Source of the DNA: Clostridia bacterium
GTDB lineage: Bacteria > Bacillota > Clostridia > Oscillospirales > RGIG5554
Length of the DNA: 64,000 nucleotides
Direction: 5' to 3'
NCBI GenBank assembly: GCA_017507855.1
Contig: JAFWAE010000015.1
Location: 1,126-65,125 of the forward strand
Notes under the pieces: model-generated
Seen by the model: only the letters and a program-made list of their open reading frames with translations
Database searches by the model: none
Told to the model about the DNA's origin: nothing
Part shown: one piece after another, positions 47,251 to 56,981 of the stretch
How the letters are laid out: every line of letters starts with the position of its first letter
Position numbering within the stretch: the stretch's first letter is position 1
Position numbers and translations under genes: made by a program

Positions 47251-49095
47251 TCAAGTGTTATTTTTGTTTTTTCCGCCCTCTCCTCTATCTCGGAAAAATT
47301 CTGCCACCGCACGGGCAGCGGAACGGTTCATCGTGGGCACGGCGGCCAACGCCTCTTCCGAGGCTCCCGCCATATTTTCCAAAGTGCCGAACACCTTAAA
47401 CAGGGCCGCCGCGCGGCGTTCCCCAATGCCGGGTACCTTCGCCAAAGTCACGCTGCGAACCTTGCGTCTGCGCACCGCATCCATTTTGGAAAGGGAAAAA
47501 CGGTGGACCTCCTCAGAGATGCGAAAGACCAGCTGAAACACCGCCGTTTGCGCCGCAATGTCAACCTCTCCGTCGGGACCTACCAAGGTCCTGGCCTTAT
47601 GGTGGTCGTCCTTCACCATGCCGAAAACGGGGATATCCAGCCCCATTTCCCTGACTACCTCCTCCAAGGCGTGCACGTGTCCGCTGCCTCCGTCTGCCAG
47701 GATCAGATCCGGCGCCCCCGAAAAAGAAGCATCTCCTTCCCGAAGGCGGGTCAATCGGCGGCGAAGAGCCTGCGCCATGCAGGCGTAATCGTCCACCCCG
47801 TCAATATCGCGAATTCGGAAGGTGCGGTATTGCTTTTTCCGAAAAGCTCCGTCCTCAAACACGACCATTCCGCAAACCTTGATCTGTTCGCCGCTGTTGG
47901 AAACGTCATAAGCCTCAATACGGGTAGGTACGACCTCCAAATGAAGCAATTGAGCCAGCTGCACCATCACTTCCTCGTCCTTTTCCTTGGCTAAACGGGC
48001 CTGCAACAAACGTTGACGGGCATTTTCCTCCACCAAAAGACATAAACGCTTTTTTTCTCCCTGTCGGGGATGCGTCAGCGTCACCTTTTTCCCCAACAGC
48101 TCGGAAAGCCATTCCTCAAAAGCAGCCCGATCCTCCACGGGAAAATTCACGGCCACCTGAGCACAGGGCACCCGCCCCTCCTCGGCGTACAAGGCACGTA
48201 ACAGCTCCTCGCGCACCCCTTCCTGGGCAGCATCTCGCCCGGAAACGGGATAAAAGGAGCAGTTTTCCAAACGGCCGCTTCGGATGGAAAAAAAGCCCAA
48301 CATAGCCGAAGCCTCATCCGCATAAAAGGACACCACGTCCACGTCCGTTTCTTTTTCCGTCAGCAATTCATTTCGCTCGTGCAAATTTGCCGCAGCAAAA
48401 GCCGCATCCCGCAGTCTGGCAGCCTGCTCGTAACGCTGTTCCTCAGCCGCTTGCTCCATTTCCCTGCGGAAAAACGCCGCCATACGCCCGGTGTCCTTGC
48501 GCAAGGCCGCCACGGCCTGCAGCACCAGCTCGCGGTATTCCTCCGGGGCAATTTGCCCCGTGCAAGGAGCCGTGCATTGCCCCAAATGGCGGTACAGGCA
48601 AACCCGCCCGCCGTGGCCCGTATCAAACCCCTTCCCACAAGAAGCCACACCCAAGCTTTTGCATACCGCCCCATACGCCTCCCGCAAAAAAGAAGGCGCG
48701 TAGGGCCCGTAATAAACAGCCCCATCCTTTTTCCGCTGGTAAGTCACGCTTAAGGAGGGATACGCGGGCCTTTCATCCACCCGCAAATACATCCCCACCC
48801 GTTTTTCCTTAAGCAAAATATTGTAATGGGGCTTGTGGCGGCTGATCAGATCCGCTTCCAAAGCCAAGGCCTTGCCTTCACTTTCCGTCACCACAAATTC
48901 CAAATCTGCCACGTGGGCCACCATGGCCGCCACCTTGGGCGCTTTTTCCGTGTTTAGAAAGTAAGAGGAAACGCGGTTGCGCAACACCTTCGCCTTGCCG
49001 ATATAAATAATGTTTCCCTGCCCGTCTTTCATAATATAGACGCCGGGCAGCAAAGGCAAATTGGCTACCTTATCCGCCAACAGGGGGCCGGTCAT
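47251..49095 (-). CDS. uvrC: excinuclease ABC subunit C
   Basis: GIY-YIG (PGVYIMKD...IIYIGKAKVLRNRVSSYF), UVR domain, Endo-V-like domain, C-terminal (HhH)2. Confidence 0.93.
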   Translation of the reverse strand: MTGPLLADKVANLPLLPGVYIMKDGQGNIIYIGKAKVLRNRVSSYFLNTEKAPKVAAMVAHVADLEFVVTESEGKALALEADLISRHKPHYNILLKEKRVGMYLRVDERPAYPSLSVTYQRKKDGAVYYGPYAPSFLREAYGAVCKSLGVASCGKGFDTGHGGRVCLYRHLGQCTAPCTGQIAPEEYRELVLQAVAALRKDTGRMAAFFRREMEQAAEEQRYEQAARLRDAAFAAANLHERNELLTEKETDVDVVSFYADEASAMLGFFSIRSGRLENCSFYPVSGRDAAQEGVREELLRALYAEEGRVPCAQVAVNFPVEDRAAFEEWLSELLGKKVTLTHPRQGEKKRLCLLVEENARQRLLQARLAKEKDEEVMVQLAQLLHLEVVPTRIEAYDVSNSGEQIKVCGMVVFEDGAFRKKQYRTFRIRDIDGVDDYACMAQALRRRLTRLREGDASFSGAPDLILADGGSGHVHALEEVVREMGLDIPVFGMVKDDHHKARTLVGPDGEVDIAAQTAVFQLVFRISEEVHRFSLSKMDAVRRRKVRSVTLAKVPGIGERRAAALFKVFGTLENMAGASEEALAAVPTMNRSAARAVAEFFRDRGEGGKNKNNT

Positions 49096-49173
49096 GGGCT
49101 CACCTTCCTTTCTGTGAACAAAAAACGGCATTTCTGCCCTTTTAGGCAGCTATGCCGTTTGAAGTGAACGATC

Positions 49174-49437
49174 TTAGTCTTCCAGATCCTTCGAAACCAA
49201 TTCGATCAGGGCTTCCAAGGCCGCTTCCTCGTCGGGCCCATCCGCCACCAGCTCGATCTCCGTGCCACGGGTGATCCCCAAAGAAAGCACACCCAACAAG
49301 CTCTTGGCATTCACTTTTCTTTCGTCCTTAGCAATAAGAATGGACGCTTTGAATTCGTTGGCCTTCTGTATAAAAAACGTAGCGGGGCGGGCGTGCAAAC
49401 CAACCTGGTTCTGGATCGCAACTTTTTTGGTAATCAT
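49174..49437 (-). CDS. ptsH: phosphocarrier protein HPr
   Basis: His15 motif GLHARPA. Ser46 region VNAKSLLGVLSLG. Confidence 0.9.
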   Translation of the reverse strand: MITKKVAIQNQVGLHARPATFFIQKANEFKASILIAKDERKVNAKSLLGVLSLGITRGTEIELVADGPDEEAALEALIELVSKDLED

Positions 49438-49494
49438 AATATAATTCTCCTATCGTGATCTGTCGTACTCTATCCTTATTTCCTTTACGCTTCT

Positions 49495-49523
49495 ACTATA
49501 CACCATTCCGTAAAAAAAATCAA
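49495..49523 (-). promoter_or_regulatory. promoter of ptsH
   Basis: Minus strand TTGATT - 17 nt - TATAGT. A T8 run spans the -35/spacer junction. Confidence 0.5.
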
Positions 49524-49576
49524 GACTTTTGGGAACGGATTTTGTTTTTTGTCCTTCCGCAAACGGGAACACGGTG

Positions 49577-50062
49577 TTACGAAGCCAGTTCGGTCAAGTT
49601 TCGCACCGTACCGACCACCGTAACCTTGGGCGTGTGCACCTGGATCACCGCGCCGGGTGCCACATGGCGTATCCCTTGGGCGTAAAACCCTTCCGTGCGC
49701 GTGACCGCTTCGGCTGTAATGGTCAGGACCAGGTCCACCTTTCCCTGCACGGTGTGCTCGCTCACCGTCCCGTCCTGGCGCTGCATCAAGGTTTTAGCCG
49801 GGCGACTCTCAAAAGAGCTCAGCGTGCCGATAAAATTGCCGCTTTCATCGTCATACACCGCATCTCCCTGCACAAAAAATGGCAAGGAGCTTTCGCGGAT
49901 CTCAGCCACGTACAGCTCATACGTGATCTGTGCGCGGTCGTTGGCGGCGGCGGGCTTGGCAATCAAAAATTTAAATCCCACTGCAAAGATGGCGGCGCAG
50001 ATCGCCACGATAATGGCAATGTCCAACGCATTCAGACGAATGCTTTTTTTATTGGTTTTCAT
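49577..50062 (-). CDS. membrane-anchored protein (DUF4330-like), paralogue A
   Basis: 161 aa. N-terminal TM helix (LDIAIIVAICAAIFAVGF), then a beta-rich domain. Same layout as the adjacent gene. Confidence 0.45.
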   Translation of the reverse strand: MKTNKKSIRLNALDIAIIVAICAAIFAVGFKFLIAKPAAANDRAQITYELYVAEIRESSLPFFVQGDAVYDDESGNFIGTLSSFESRPAKTLMQRQDGTVSEHTVQGKVDLVLTITAEAVTRTEGFYAQGIRHVAPGAVIQVHTPKVTVVGTVRNLTELAS

Positions 50063-50076
50063 CAGCCGTCGCCTCC

Positions 50077-50559
50077 TTATTTATAAGACATGGCCGTGCA
50101 GAAGCCGCTTCCCACGTAATGGGCGCTTCGCACGTTGACCCGCACACCCACCGACATGGCAAAGCCGTCGATCTCCACTTGGTTGTTCTTCAGCTTTCCG
50201 GCAGCCTGAATGGTCAGCAAAATATTCATACGTCCGGGAGTCTCTGCCTGCACCAGCTCCCCCGTTTCCTCGTTGACCAAAGTCATCAGATAAGGCTCGT
50301 AGGCCACCTGGGTAATGGTGCCGATGTGGTACAAACGCACGCTGTCCTTCACCACGTCCCCCACCTGTGGCTTGTCCAGCAGATAGGAAGGCACGTTGGT
50401 AAATTCTACCGTGTAGGTCACCGTAACGTCTTCTCCCTGGCTTCGGCCGCCAAAGCCACCGAAATAATAGTAGGCGCCCCCAAGAAGCACCGCCACGGCC
50501 AGAATCACCAATAGCAAATCTAAAAAATTAAAGCGAAAACTGCTTTTTTCCTTGCTCAT
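50077..50559 (-). CDS. membrane-anchored protein (DUF4330-like), paralogue B
   Basis: 160 aa. FNFLDLLLVILAVAVLLGGAYYY TM helix. Shares the LTI.A....... pattern with paralogue A. Confidence 0.45.
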   Translation of the reverse strand: MSKEKSSFRFNFLDLLLVILAVAVLLGGAYYYFGGFGGRSQGEDVTVTYTVEFTNVPSYLLDKPQVGDVVKDSVRLYHIGTITQVAYEPYLMTLVNEETGELVQAETPGRMNILLTIQAAGKLKNNQVEIDGFAMSVGVRVNVRSAHYVGSGFCTAMSYK

Positions 50560-51644
50560 TCTTTTGCGCCGCCTTTCTTTTTATGGTTTATTATCTCCTC
50601 GTATAAGGCAGCCACCCGCTGCGCAAATCCCGAGGGAGAGAAAAGCTCCTCGTAGCGCTTTCTGCCGCGCGCTCCCAATTTTCTGCGCAAGGGATCGTCC
50701 TGCAGATTTTCAAAGGCCTTCAGCAGGCTTTCCCCGTCACCGGGCTTCACCGTCAGCTCGTCGGCCTGACCCAATACCTCGCCAAGGCCACCTACACGGG
50801 TAGCCACCACAGGCAGGGAAGCGGTCATGGCCTCCAGGGCCGTCAGCCCAAAGCTTTCCTCCAAGGACGGCACACACACCGCATCACAGGCGTGCAGGGC
50901 CGGGCCTATGTCCGTCAGCTCTCCCAAAAACCGCACGGGGCACCCCTCCAGCTGTTGACGCAAGGCAGGCTCCAGCGGGCCTCCTCCTGCCAGCAAAAAG
51001 AACAGGGGCAGCCTTTTTTCCTTGGCCAGACAAATGGCTTGACACATGGCCTGCCAACCCTTTTCCTCGGAAAGGCGGGCAAACATCCCCACTACCAATT
51101 TTCCTTTGGGGATCTGCAGGCCCTCCTTGGCCGCCTCCGTGTCGGGGCTCTTTCCTCGGTCCGGACAAGCGTTGTAGATCATGCGGATCTTTTGAGAAGG
51201 GATCCCGTCCCGCTCCAGGCTTTCCTGTGCATAGCGGGACACCGCAATGGCGCGGGTGCAAAGCAGGCTGTTAAGGCGTTTTTTCATGCCCGTCATAGGC
51301 TCCCCCACGGTGTGCTTGGTAAATACGGTGGGGATCCCCTTAAGCTTGGCGGCCAATCTGGCTGTGGCACAACCGTGGGTGTGCACCACAGCGGGGCGAA
51401 GCTGTGCCAGCAAACGGCTGTACACCGCCAGGTCCTTTTTGCAAAAGGAGCTGTCTGCCGTAATAGGGGCTGGGCACAAGCATACCCGTTCCCCCTTCAG
51501 GATCTCCTCCAAGCGGCTTCCCCGGGGAAAGATCACCGTCACGCGGAAGCGATTGCGGGGCAAGTAGCGGCAAAGGGTCTGTACCCATCGCCCGGCACCG
51601 CCCAAATTGGAATCCGTAATAATGTGACAAACGTCAATCATCAA
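50556..51644 (-). CDS. GT4-family glycosyltransferase
   Basis: GT-B fold signature GGAGRWV N-terminus, C-terminal EESFGLTALEAMTASLPVVATRVGGLGE (E-x7-E). Confidence 0.8.
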   Translation of the reverse strand: MMIDVCHIITDSNLGGAGRWVQTLCRYLPRNRFRVTVIFPRGSRLEEILKGERVCLCPAPITADSSFCKKDLAVYSRLLAQLRPAVVHTHGCATARLAAKLKGIPTVFTKHTVGEPMTGMKKRLNSLLCTRAIAVSRYAQESLERDGIPSQKIRMIYNACPDRGKSPDTEAAKEGLQIPKGKLVVGMFARLSEEKGWQAMCQAICLAKEKRLPLFFLLAGGGPLEPALRQQLEGCPVRFLGELTDIGPALHACDAVCVPSLEESFGLTALEAMTASLPVVATRVGGLGEVLGQADELTVKPGDGESLLKAFENLQDDPLRRKLGARGRKRYEELFSPSGFAQRVAALYEEIINHKKKGGAKE

Positions 51645-53529
51645 ACACCCTCCGTCTCACACGCATCTGGCGATATGCGGCGTTGATCACCGCAAAAACG
51701 ATCCACCCCAGCAGCAACATTTTGTGGTTATACCAGGAGCAATCGTTCACACCGAAAATCAACATAGGCAAAAGGGCACATCCGGCCGTCACGCTCACGG
51801 CCTTCACCCAGGGCGAAAGGCTGTTTTTGTGCGTCAAGAAAACCCGTTTGACGGCAAATGCCATCAGCAAGAGGAAGGAAAAAGCTCCCACGATGCCGTG
51901 TTCCACCAAAAGCTGCAGATAAAAGCTGTGGGAATGCAGGGCGTAAGCCGCCCCGGAATAAGCGTATTTGGGATATACCCTTAAAAACACGTCCGACCCC
52001 AGCCCGATCCCGGAAAGCCAAAAATCGCGAAGCAGGCTTCCCGTGCCGTTCCAAATGGAAAAGCGGTACGTCAGCGAGGAATCAGCCGTCACGTTCCCCA
52101 GCGTTTGCAGGCGCATGAGGATCGTATCGGGAAGGAAAAAGACAGAAAAAGGAGCAATGCAGAGCAAAGCGACCAATACGATACGGCTTTGCTTGGAATA
52201 CAAAAGCAAAAACAGCAGGGCCCCGGCAAGAGCTCCCAACCAGGCGCCGCGGCTCCACGTCAAGATCAGAGCCAATCCCGCCACCCCGCAAACGCCCAAG
52301 GCGATCACCACGGTGCGCACCTGGCGGCAACGGAACAGGAACAACAGCGCAAAGGGGAAGAGCATGGAGAGGTATAAGCCGAAAACATTGGGATTGCCGA
52401 GGGTGGAATAGATTCGATTTCCGATAGCTCCTTGAGCTTCATCTACCCAAGCCGCACTTTGCACCGCGCTTCCCGTAACAAATTGCAGCAGACCGTAACA
52501 AGCCGCCACCGTCAAAGAGGCCAGCAAGACCGTCACCACGCGCCGCAGCCCTTCCTCGGTCCTCAGTAGGTTGGCCAAAGGAAAGTAGAAGGAGACCATG
52601 GTCAGCACAATGACCGTTTTTCCCCAGGCGGCAAAGCCTGCCGCCGTCACCGTACCGGAAATCAGCACCAAGGCCCCAAACAAAAGCACCGGTACGTCCA
52701 TGCGTTCAAAAAACAGGACGCGCTTTCCCCGTACCAGTTTAAATAAAAAGCAAAAATCAGTCAGCAACACCAGCGCCACCAATAAGCCGTTGGGTAAAAA
52801 AGGCAGGCAAAACAGCGTAGCCAACACCCCCGCTTCGGGCGCATGGAAGAACAGAAGCAGGCCCGTCAGCAGCACTACCCCGATAAAGACGTAGATCAGC
52901 GGGAAAAAGTAGGACAGAAGCCCCAAAGAGAAGCCCAAAAAGCCCATAGCCACGGGCCCCGCGGCCGAAGGCCCTTCCTCTTCTGCCTCAAAGCGCTCCC
53001 TGCGCATACCCAGCCCCTTAAAGAGAAGGGCCTTTGCCAGCGTGGAATGGGTCAGCACGTACGAAACGCTTCGCTTGCTGAACAGCAAAAAGAAAAAGGA
53101 AACCAGCACTCCCGCCGAGATCACCAGGCGCATATCCGTGTTCACTACGGTGTTTTCCATGGAGTCGTTAATGAAGGCCACGGTAGCCGAGGTCAGCCCA
53201 AATACCGTACCGCAAACGCCCAAAGCGCGGATGGGCATGGTCAAAAACGTGTGCCAAATGCGCCGTCCTATGTTAAAGATCCCGCTGGATTCCGTGGTGC
53301 GCATAAACCACAGGCGAAAGACGGCCACGGGCTTGGCGATCCTTCGGCGGTAAAAGCCCTGAAAGACTCCTACCCGCCCCTCTTCGACCTCGTCGCGGTC
53401 AAAACTCAGCCAATGCACGAAAGCACTGCCTGCGGCCAGCTCTTCAAATAAAGTCTTGCAAAAGGAGATCAAAGCAGAAAGCAAGCTCGTCCGATAAAGA
53501 TTCCCGGTCTTTTCAGACGTTTTTTTCAT
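51634..53529 (-). CDS. O-antigen ligase/Wzy_C-domain polytopic membrane protein
   Basis: Trimmed to MKKTSEKT (ATGA overlap with the murJ stop). More than 10 TM helices. TWSRGAWLGALAG motif typical of Wzy_C. Confidence 0.7.
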   Translation of the reverse strand: MKKTSEKTGNLYRTSLLSALISFCKTLFEELAAGSAFVHWLSFDRDEVEEGRVGVFQGFYRRRIAKPVAVFRLWFMRTTESSGIFNIGRRIWHTFLTMPIRALGVCGTVFGLTSATVAFINDSMENTVVNTDMRLVISAGVLVSFFFLLFSKRSVSYVLTHSTLAKALLFKGLGMRRERFEAEEEGPSAAGPVAMGFLGFSLGLLSYFFPLIYVFIGVVLLTGLLLFFHAPEAGVLATLFCLPFLPNGLLVALVLLTDFCFLFKLVRGKRVLFFERMDVPVLLFGALVLISGTVTAAGFAAWGKTVIVLTMVSFYFPLANLLRTEEGLRRVVTVLLASLTVAACYGLLQFVTGSAVQSAAWVDEAQGAIGNRIYSTLGNPNVFGLYLSMLFPFALLFLFRCRQVRTVVIALGVCGVAGLALILTWSRGAWLGALAGALLFLLLYSKQSRIVLVALLCIAPFSVFFLPDTILMRLQTLGNVTADSSLTYRFSIWNGTGSLLRDFWLSGIGLGSDVFLRVYPKYAYSGAAYALHSHSFYLQLLVEHGIVGAFSFLLLMAFAVKRVFLTHKNSLSPWVKAVSVTAGCALLPMLIFGVNDCSWYNHKMLLLGWIVFAVINAAYRQMRVRRRVFDD

Positions 53530-55106
53530 ACGCCGTCTTCTCCTTCCGTTTTCTTCTTCAATAATTGTCTTAAAGGATCGCTTTTCAACAGCCAAGCCAC
53601 AATCAAAAAGATCAGCAATCCCATAACAGCCGAAACGCCGGCTGTCAATAGTCTCGTCCAAAAGCCCTCTTCCATCCAACAAAGGGCCAATCCGCGTTTA
53701 ACCGCCTCAGCCCCCAGCCAACAACCCGCGCCCGCAGGCACAAGCTTCCCCATTTCCCGCAGAAAATCACGGTCAAAAAAGCCTCGGTCCTCGCCAAGCA
53801 CGGCCACACAAAGCACGGCCGCCGCCGCGGCCTGCCCCAGCACCATGGCCCGGGCGATCCATTGAATCCCCCGTCCCCACACGGACACGAAAAGCACGCA
53901 CGCCAACAAAAACACAGCCATCCCCACCAAAGAGGCCACCGTGGGAACCCTGCCCTTTCCTTTGGCAAAAAAGGCTCGGTTCAGCAGCTCCGTCACCGCC
54001 ATAGCGATCATGGCAGGTGCCAGATTGGCCAAGGTCTCCGCCGTCAACACCGTAGCCTGTGCGGAAAACTGGCCGCGCTCGTAAACCACGCTCACCGCCT
54101 GGTGGCTGACGCAACACAGGATCAAGGAGATGGGGACCACCACCGTCAACGCCGCCGTTAAGGCTTGGCGAAGGGTCACGCGGAAACGAAGGCCGTCTCC
54201 TTCCGCCTCCAGCTTGGACAGGGAGGGAAACACGTAATTGCACACGGCGTACACGATTACGCCCGACGCGATCAACAGTAGCTGTGTTGCATATTCCAGA
54301 CAGGGAACGGGGCGTTCCCCGGTATATTTCACCATAGATGCAAAAAACAGCCCCGCCGCCGTCATAACGGGAGTCAGCCAGGAGCTGACCATAGCCTGCG
54401 GCGCCATGCGGTAGGCCTTGCGCATCATCTCGTCTCCCAAGGCCAAGGAGGGACGAAAACGGAAGCGGATCCGGCACAGGCCGGGCAAAAGCACCACGCA
54501 TTGCAGCATCCAAGCCAGCAAATACGCCACGGCAAGTCCCTGAATGCCGAAGCGGCTGTTAAACAACCAAAAATACAAAAGCACAAAGGCGTTGGACACC
54601 GCACTCATCACTGCCGGAAGCAAAAATCGCCCGTGAGATTGCAAAACCCCCGTCCAGCAGGCCGCCAGTCCCGAAAAAAGGATCATAGGGAGCATCTTTT
54701 GCAGCAACGAGGAAGCCAAACGGGCCGTTTGTTCATCCAACCCGGGTGCCATCAAGGCGATCACCCCGGCAGAGGCGATCATTCCCACGGCAGACACCGC
54801 CGCCGTCAATAATATAATTAAGGAAATAAAACGGTCCGTAAAACGGCGGGCTTCCTCCTCCCCCTCTGCCAAACAGCGGTTGTACAGGGGAATAAAGCAA
54901 ACGGCCACCGCCGCTCCCAGCACCACGTCAAATACCGTTAAGGTCAGCCTGGACGCGGCCGAAAAAGCCTCGGCTTCCATGCCTGCCCCGTAAAGGCTTG
55001 CCAGCCACACGCTGCGAAGCAATCCCAACAGCTTAGCTAAAACCGTGGCGGCCATCATCAGCCCCACGATGCGTACCGTCTTACCCGCCTGCGTGCTCAT
55101 AGGCAT
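53526..55106 (-). CDS. murJ: lipid II flippase MurJ
   Basis: 526 aa, about 14 TM helices. N-terminal VLAKLLGLLRSVWLASLYGAG...AFSAA pattern of MurJ/MviN. Confidence 0.8.
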   Translation of the reverse strand: MPMSTQAGKTVRIVGLMMAATVLAKLLGLLRSVWLASLYGAGMEAEAFSAASRLTLTVFDVVLGAAVAVCFIPLYNRCLAEGEEEARRFTDRFISLIILLTAAVSAVGMIASAGVIALMAPGLDEQTARLASSLLQKMLPMILFSGLAACWTGVLQSHGRFLLPAVMSAVSNAFVLLYFWLFNSRFGIQGLAVAYLLAWMLQCVVLLPGLCRIRFRFRPSLALGDEMMRKAYRMAPQAMVSSWLTPVMTAAGLFFASMVKYTGERPVPCLEYATQLLLIASGVIVYAVCNYVFPSLSKLEAEGDGLRFRVTLRQALTAALTVVVPISLILCCVSHQAVSVVYERGQFSAQATVLTAETLANLAPAMIAMAVTELLNRAFFAKGKGRVPTVASLVGMAVFLLACVLFVSVWGRGIQWIARAMVLGQAAAAAVLCVAVLGEDRGFFDRDFLREMGKLVPAGAGCWLGAEAVKRGLALCWMEEGFWTRLLTAGVSAVMGLLIFLIVAWLLKSDPLRQLLKKKTEGEDGV

Positions 55107-55837
55107 TCCTCTTGTCCTTGAGACAACAGCTTACGATCCTGCTTGGAAAGCTCTGCCTTTTCCAGCAGATCGGGACGTAACTTGGCCGTCAGCAGCAACG
55201 ATTGTTGTCTTCTCCATTGGTCAATGCGGGCGTGATGACCGCTTAAAAGCACCTCCGGCACCCGTTGGCCGTGAAATTCCTCGGGACGGGTATACTGGGG
55301 ATATTCCAAAAGTCCACCGGCAATACTTTCCTGCTGCCAGCTTTCCGGCTCGGCCAAAACGCCGTCCACCAGGCGGGCCACCGCATCCACCACGATCATA
55401 GCCCCCAGCTCGCCGCCCGTCAACACGAAATCCCCCACCGAGATCTCCTCATCCACGATCTCATCCAACACACGCTGATCTACGCCTTCATAATGGCCGG
55501 CCAAAAGCACGATGTGGTCCATTTGAGCCAATTCCAGGGCACGGGCGTGGGTAAACACCTTCCCCTTGGGAGAAAGATAAATGGTATGAGGCCTGCTTCC
55601 GCAACGGCGGCAAACCTCTTCATGGGCACGAAAAACAGGCCCGGGTTGTAAAACCATCCCGCAGCCCCCTCCGTAAGGATAATCATCCACTCGGTTCTGT
55701 TTGTTTTCCGCAAAATCGCGGATGTTGATCGCGTTGACCTGTAAGATCCCCGCGTTTTGCGCCCGACCGATGATGCTGGTGCCCAGCACCGCATGGATCA
55801 TATCGGGAAACAGAGTTAAAATATCGTACGTTTTCAT
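55097..55837 (-). CDS. trmD: tRNA (guanine37-N1)-methyltransferase
   Basis: ILTLFPDM...DDYPYGGGCGMVL...CGHYEGVDQRV...SVGDFVLTGGE. Confidence 0.93.
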   Translation of the reverse strand: MKTYDILTLFPDMIHAVLGTSIIGRAQNAGILQVNAINIRDFAENKQNRVDDYPYGGGCGMVLQPGPVFRAHEEVCRRCGSRPHTIYLSPKGKVFTHARALELAQMDHIVLLAGHYEGVDQRVLDEIVDEEISVGDFVLTGGELGAMIVVDAVARLVDGVLAEPESWQQESIAGGLLEYPQYTRPEEFHGQRVPEVLLSGHHARIDQWRRQQSLLLTAKLRPDLLEKAELSKQDRKLLSQGQEECL

Positions 55838-56352
55838 TCCTGTTCGTCAAAAAGCCCGGCTACGGGGGTCAGGTAGATGCGGCCGTTCTCTTCGTCGATC
55901 CGCTCCACCATTTCGGGCACGGCAGGCACCAACACTTCCCGTCCGGAAGGTGTTTCCACCGCATAGATCTGGCTTGCCGGGTAATCCAATACCTCGCGCA
56001 GGGAGCCAAGAATCTCTCCGCTTCGCCCGTCCACCACTTCCAGGCCGATCATATCCTGAATAAAATGAACGCCCGGCGGCAACTCTGCCTCCCGGCGGTC
56101 CATATAAAGCACTTTTCCCACCAGCAATGCCGCCACGTCGGGAATATCCACACCCCGCAGCTTCAGCACGGCAAAATCCTTGTATACGAACCCTTCGGTG
56201 ACCTCAGCCGGGTCTTTCCCGCAGGAATCGAAATACAAGGTGGAAAACTGCAATATAAAATCCGGCGAGTCGCACCACGAACGCACCTTTACCATGCCGT
56301 GTACGCCGTGGGTAGTCACGATCTCCCCGACCTCTAAAAATTGCTTTTTCAC
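55834..56352 (-). CDS. rimM: 16S rRNA processing protein RimM
   Basis: GTG start gives VKKQFLEVGEIVTTHGVHGMVKV. PRC barrel C-terminus. 4-nt overlap with trmD. Confidence 0.88.
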   Translation of the reverse strand: MKKQFLEVGEIVTTHGVHGMVKVRSWCDSPDFILQFSTLYFDSCGKDPAEVTEGFVYKDFAVLKLRGVDIPDVAALLVGKVLYMDRREAELPPGVHFIQDMIGLEVVDGRSGEILGSLREVLDYPASQIYAVETPSGREVLVPAVPEMVERIDEENGRIYLTPVAGLFDEQE

Positions 56353-56439
56353 GCAAAAACCTCTTTTCAAGGCAGTATCAAACGGGAATGCAGCCTTCGG
56401 CGTAAATTCCGAATGCTGCACCCCGCACGCGAAGGGACA

Positions 56440-56667
56440 TCAGATGATGTCCACCACGACCTTGACACCTTCTTTGACCGCAGCGGCCTTCATGACGGTG
56501 CGGATGCACCGTGCAATGCGGCCCTGTTTTCCGATCACTCGCCCCATGTCGTCGGGCGAAACGGACAGCTTCAGCGTCACAACGCTGTCTTCGCGGGTCT
56601 CGGTGACGCTGACCTTCTCCGGTTCGCGGACCAGAGACTGTGCAATAAAGACCAGCAGATCTTTCAA
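56440..56667 (-). CDS. KH-domain RNA-binding protein (YlqC type)
   Basis: TTG start 9 nt after GGAAGG gives MKDLLVFIAQSLVREPEKVSV...GRVIGKQGRIARCIRTV (GxxG). Confidence 0.75.
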   Translation of the reverse strand: MKDLLVFIAQSLVREPEKVSVTETREDSVVTLKLSVSPDDMGRVIGKQGRIARCIRTVMKAAAVKEGVKVVVDII

Positions 56668-56686
56668 AGCGGCCACCCTTCCTTGT

Positions 56687-56929
56687 TTAGACAATGTTGT
56701 TCTTTTTCAGCAGACCCATCACGGTATCCGTGGGCTGGGCGCCGTTTTTCAGCCAAGTCTTGGCCTTTTCCTCGTCAATGCGAACCTCAGCGGGATCGGT
56801 CAGAGGATTGTAGTAGCCGATCTCCTCGATAAAACGCCCGTCACGGGGAAAGCGGGAGTCTGCCACCACGATGCGATAGAAAGGAGCCTTCTTGGCACCC
56901 ATTCTTCTCAGTCTGATTTTTACTGCCAT
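56687..56929 (-). CDS. rpsP: 30S ribosomal protein S16
   Basis: [26 protein letters not shown]. Confidence 0.95.
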   Translation of the reverse strand: MAVKIRLRRMGAKKAPFYRIVVADSRFPRDGRFIEEIGYYNPLTDPAEVRIDEEKAKTWLKNGAQPTDTVMGLLKKNNIV

Positions 56930-56981
56930 CTCAATTCACCTCCGAATTGGTCGTCATGTATATAACAAACCTTGCGGATTG

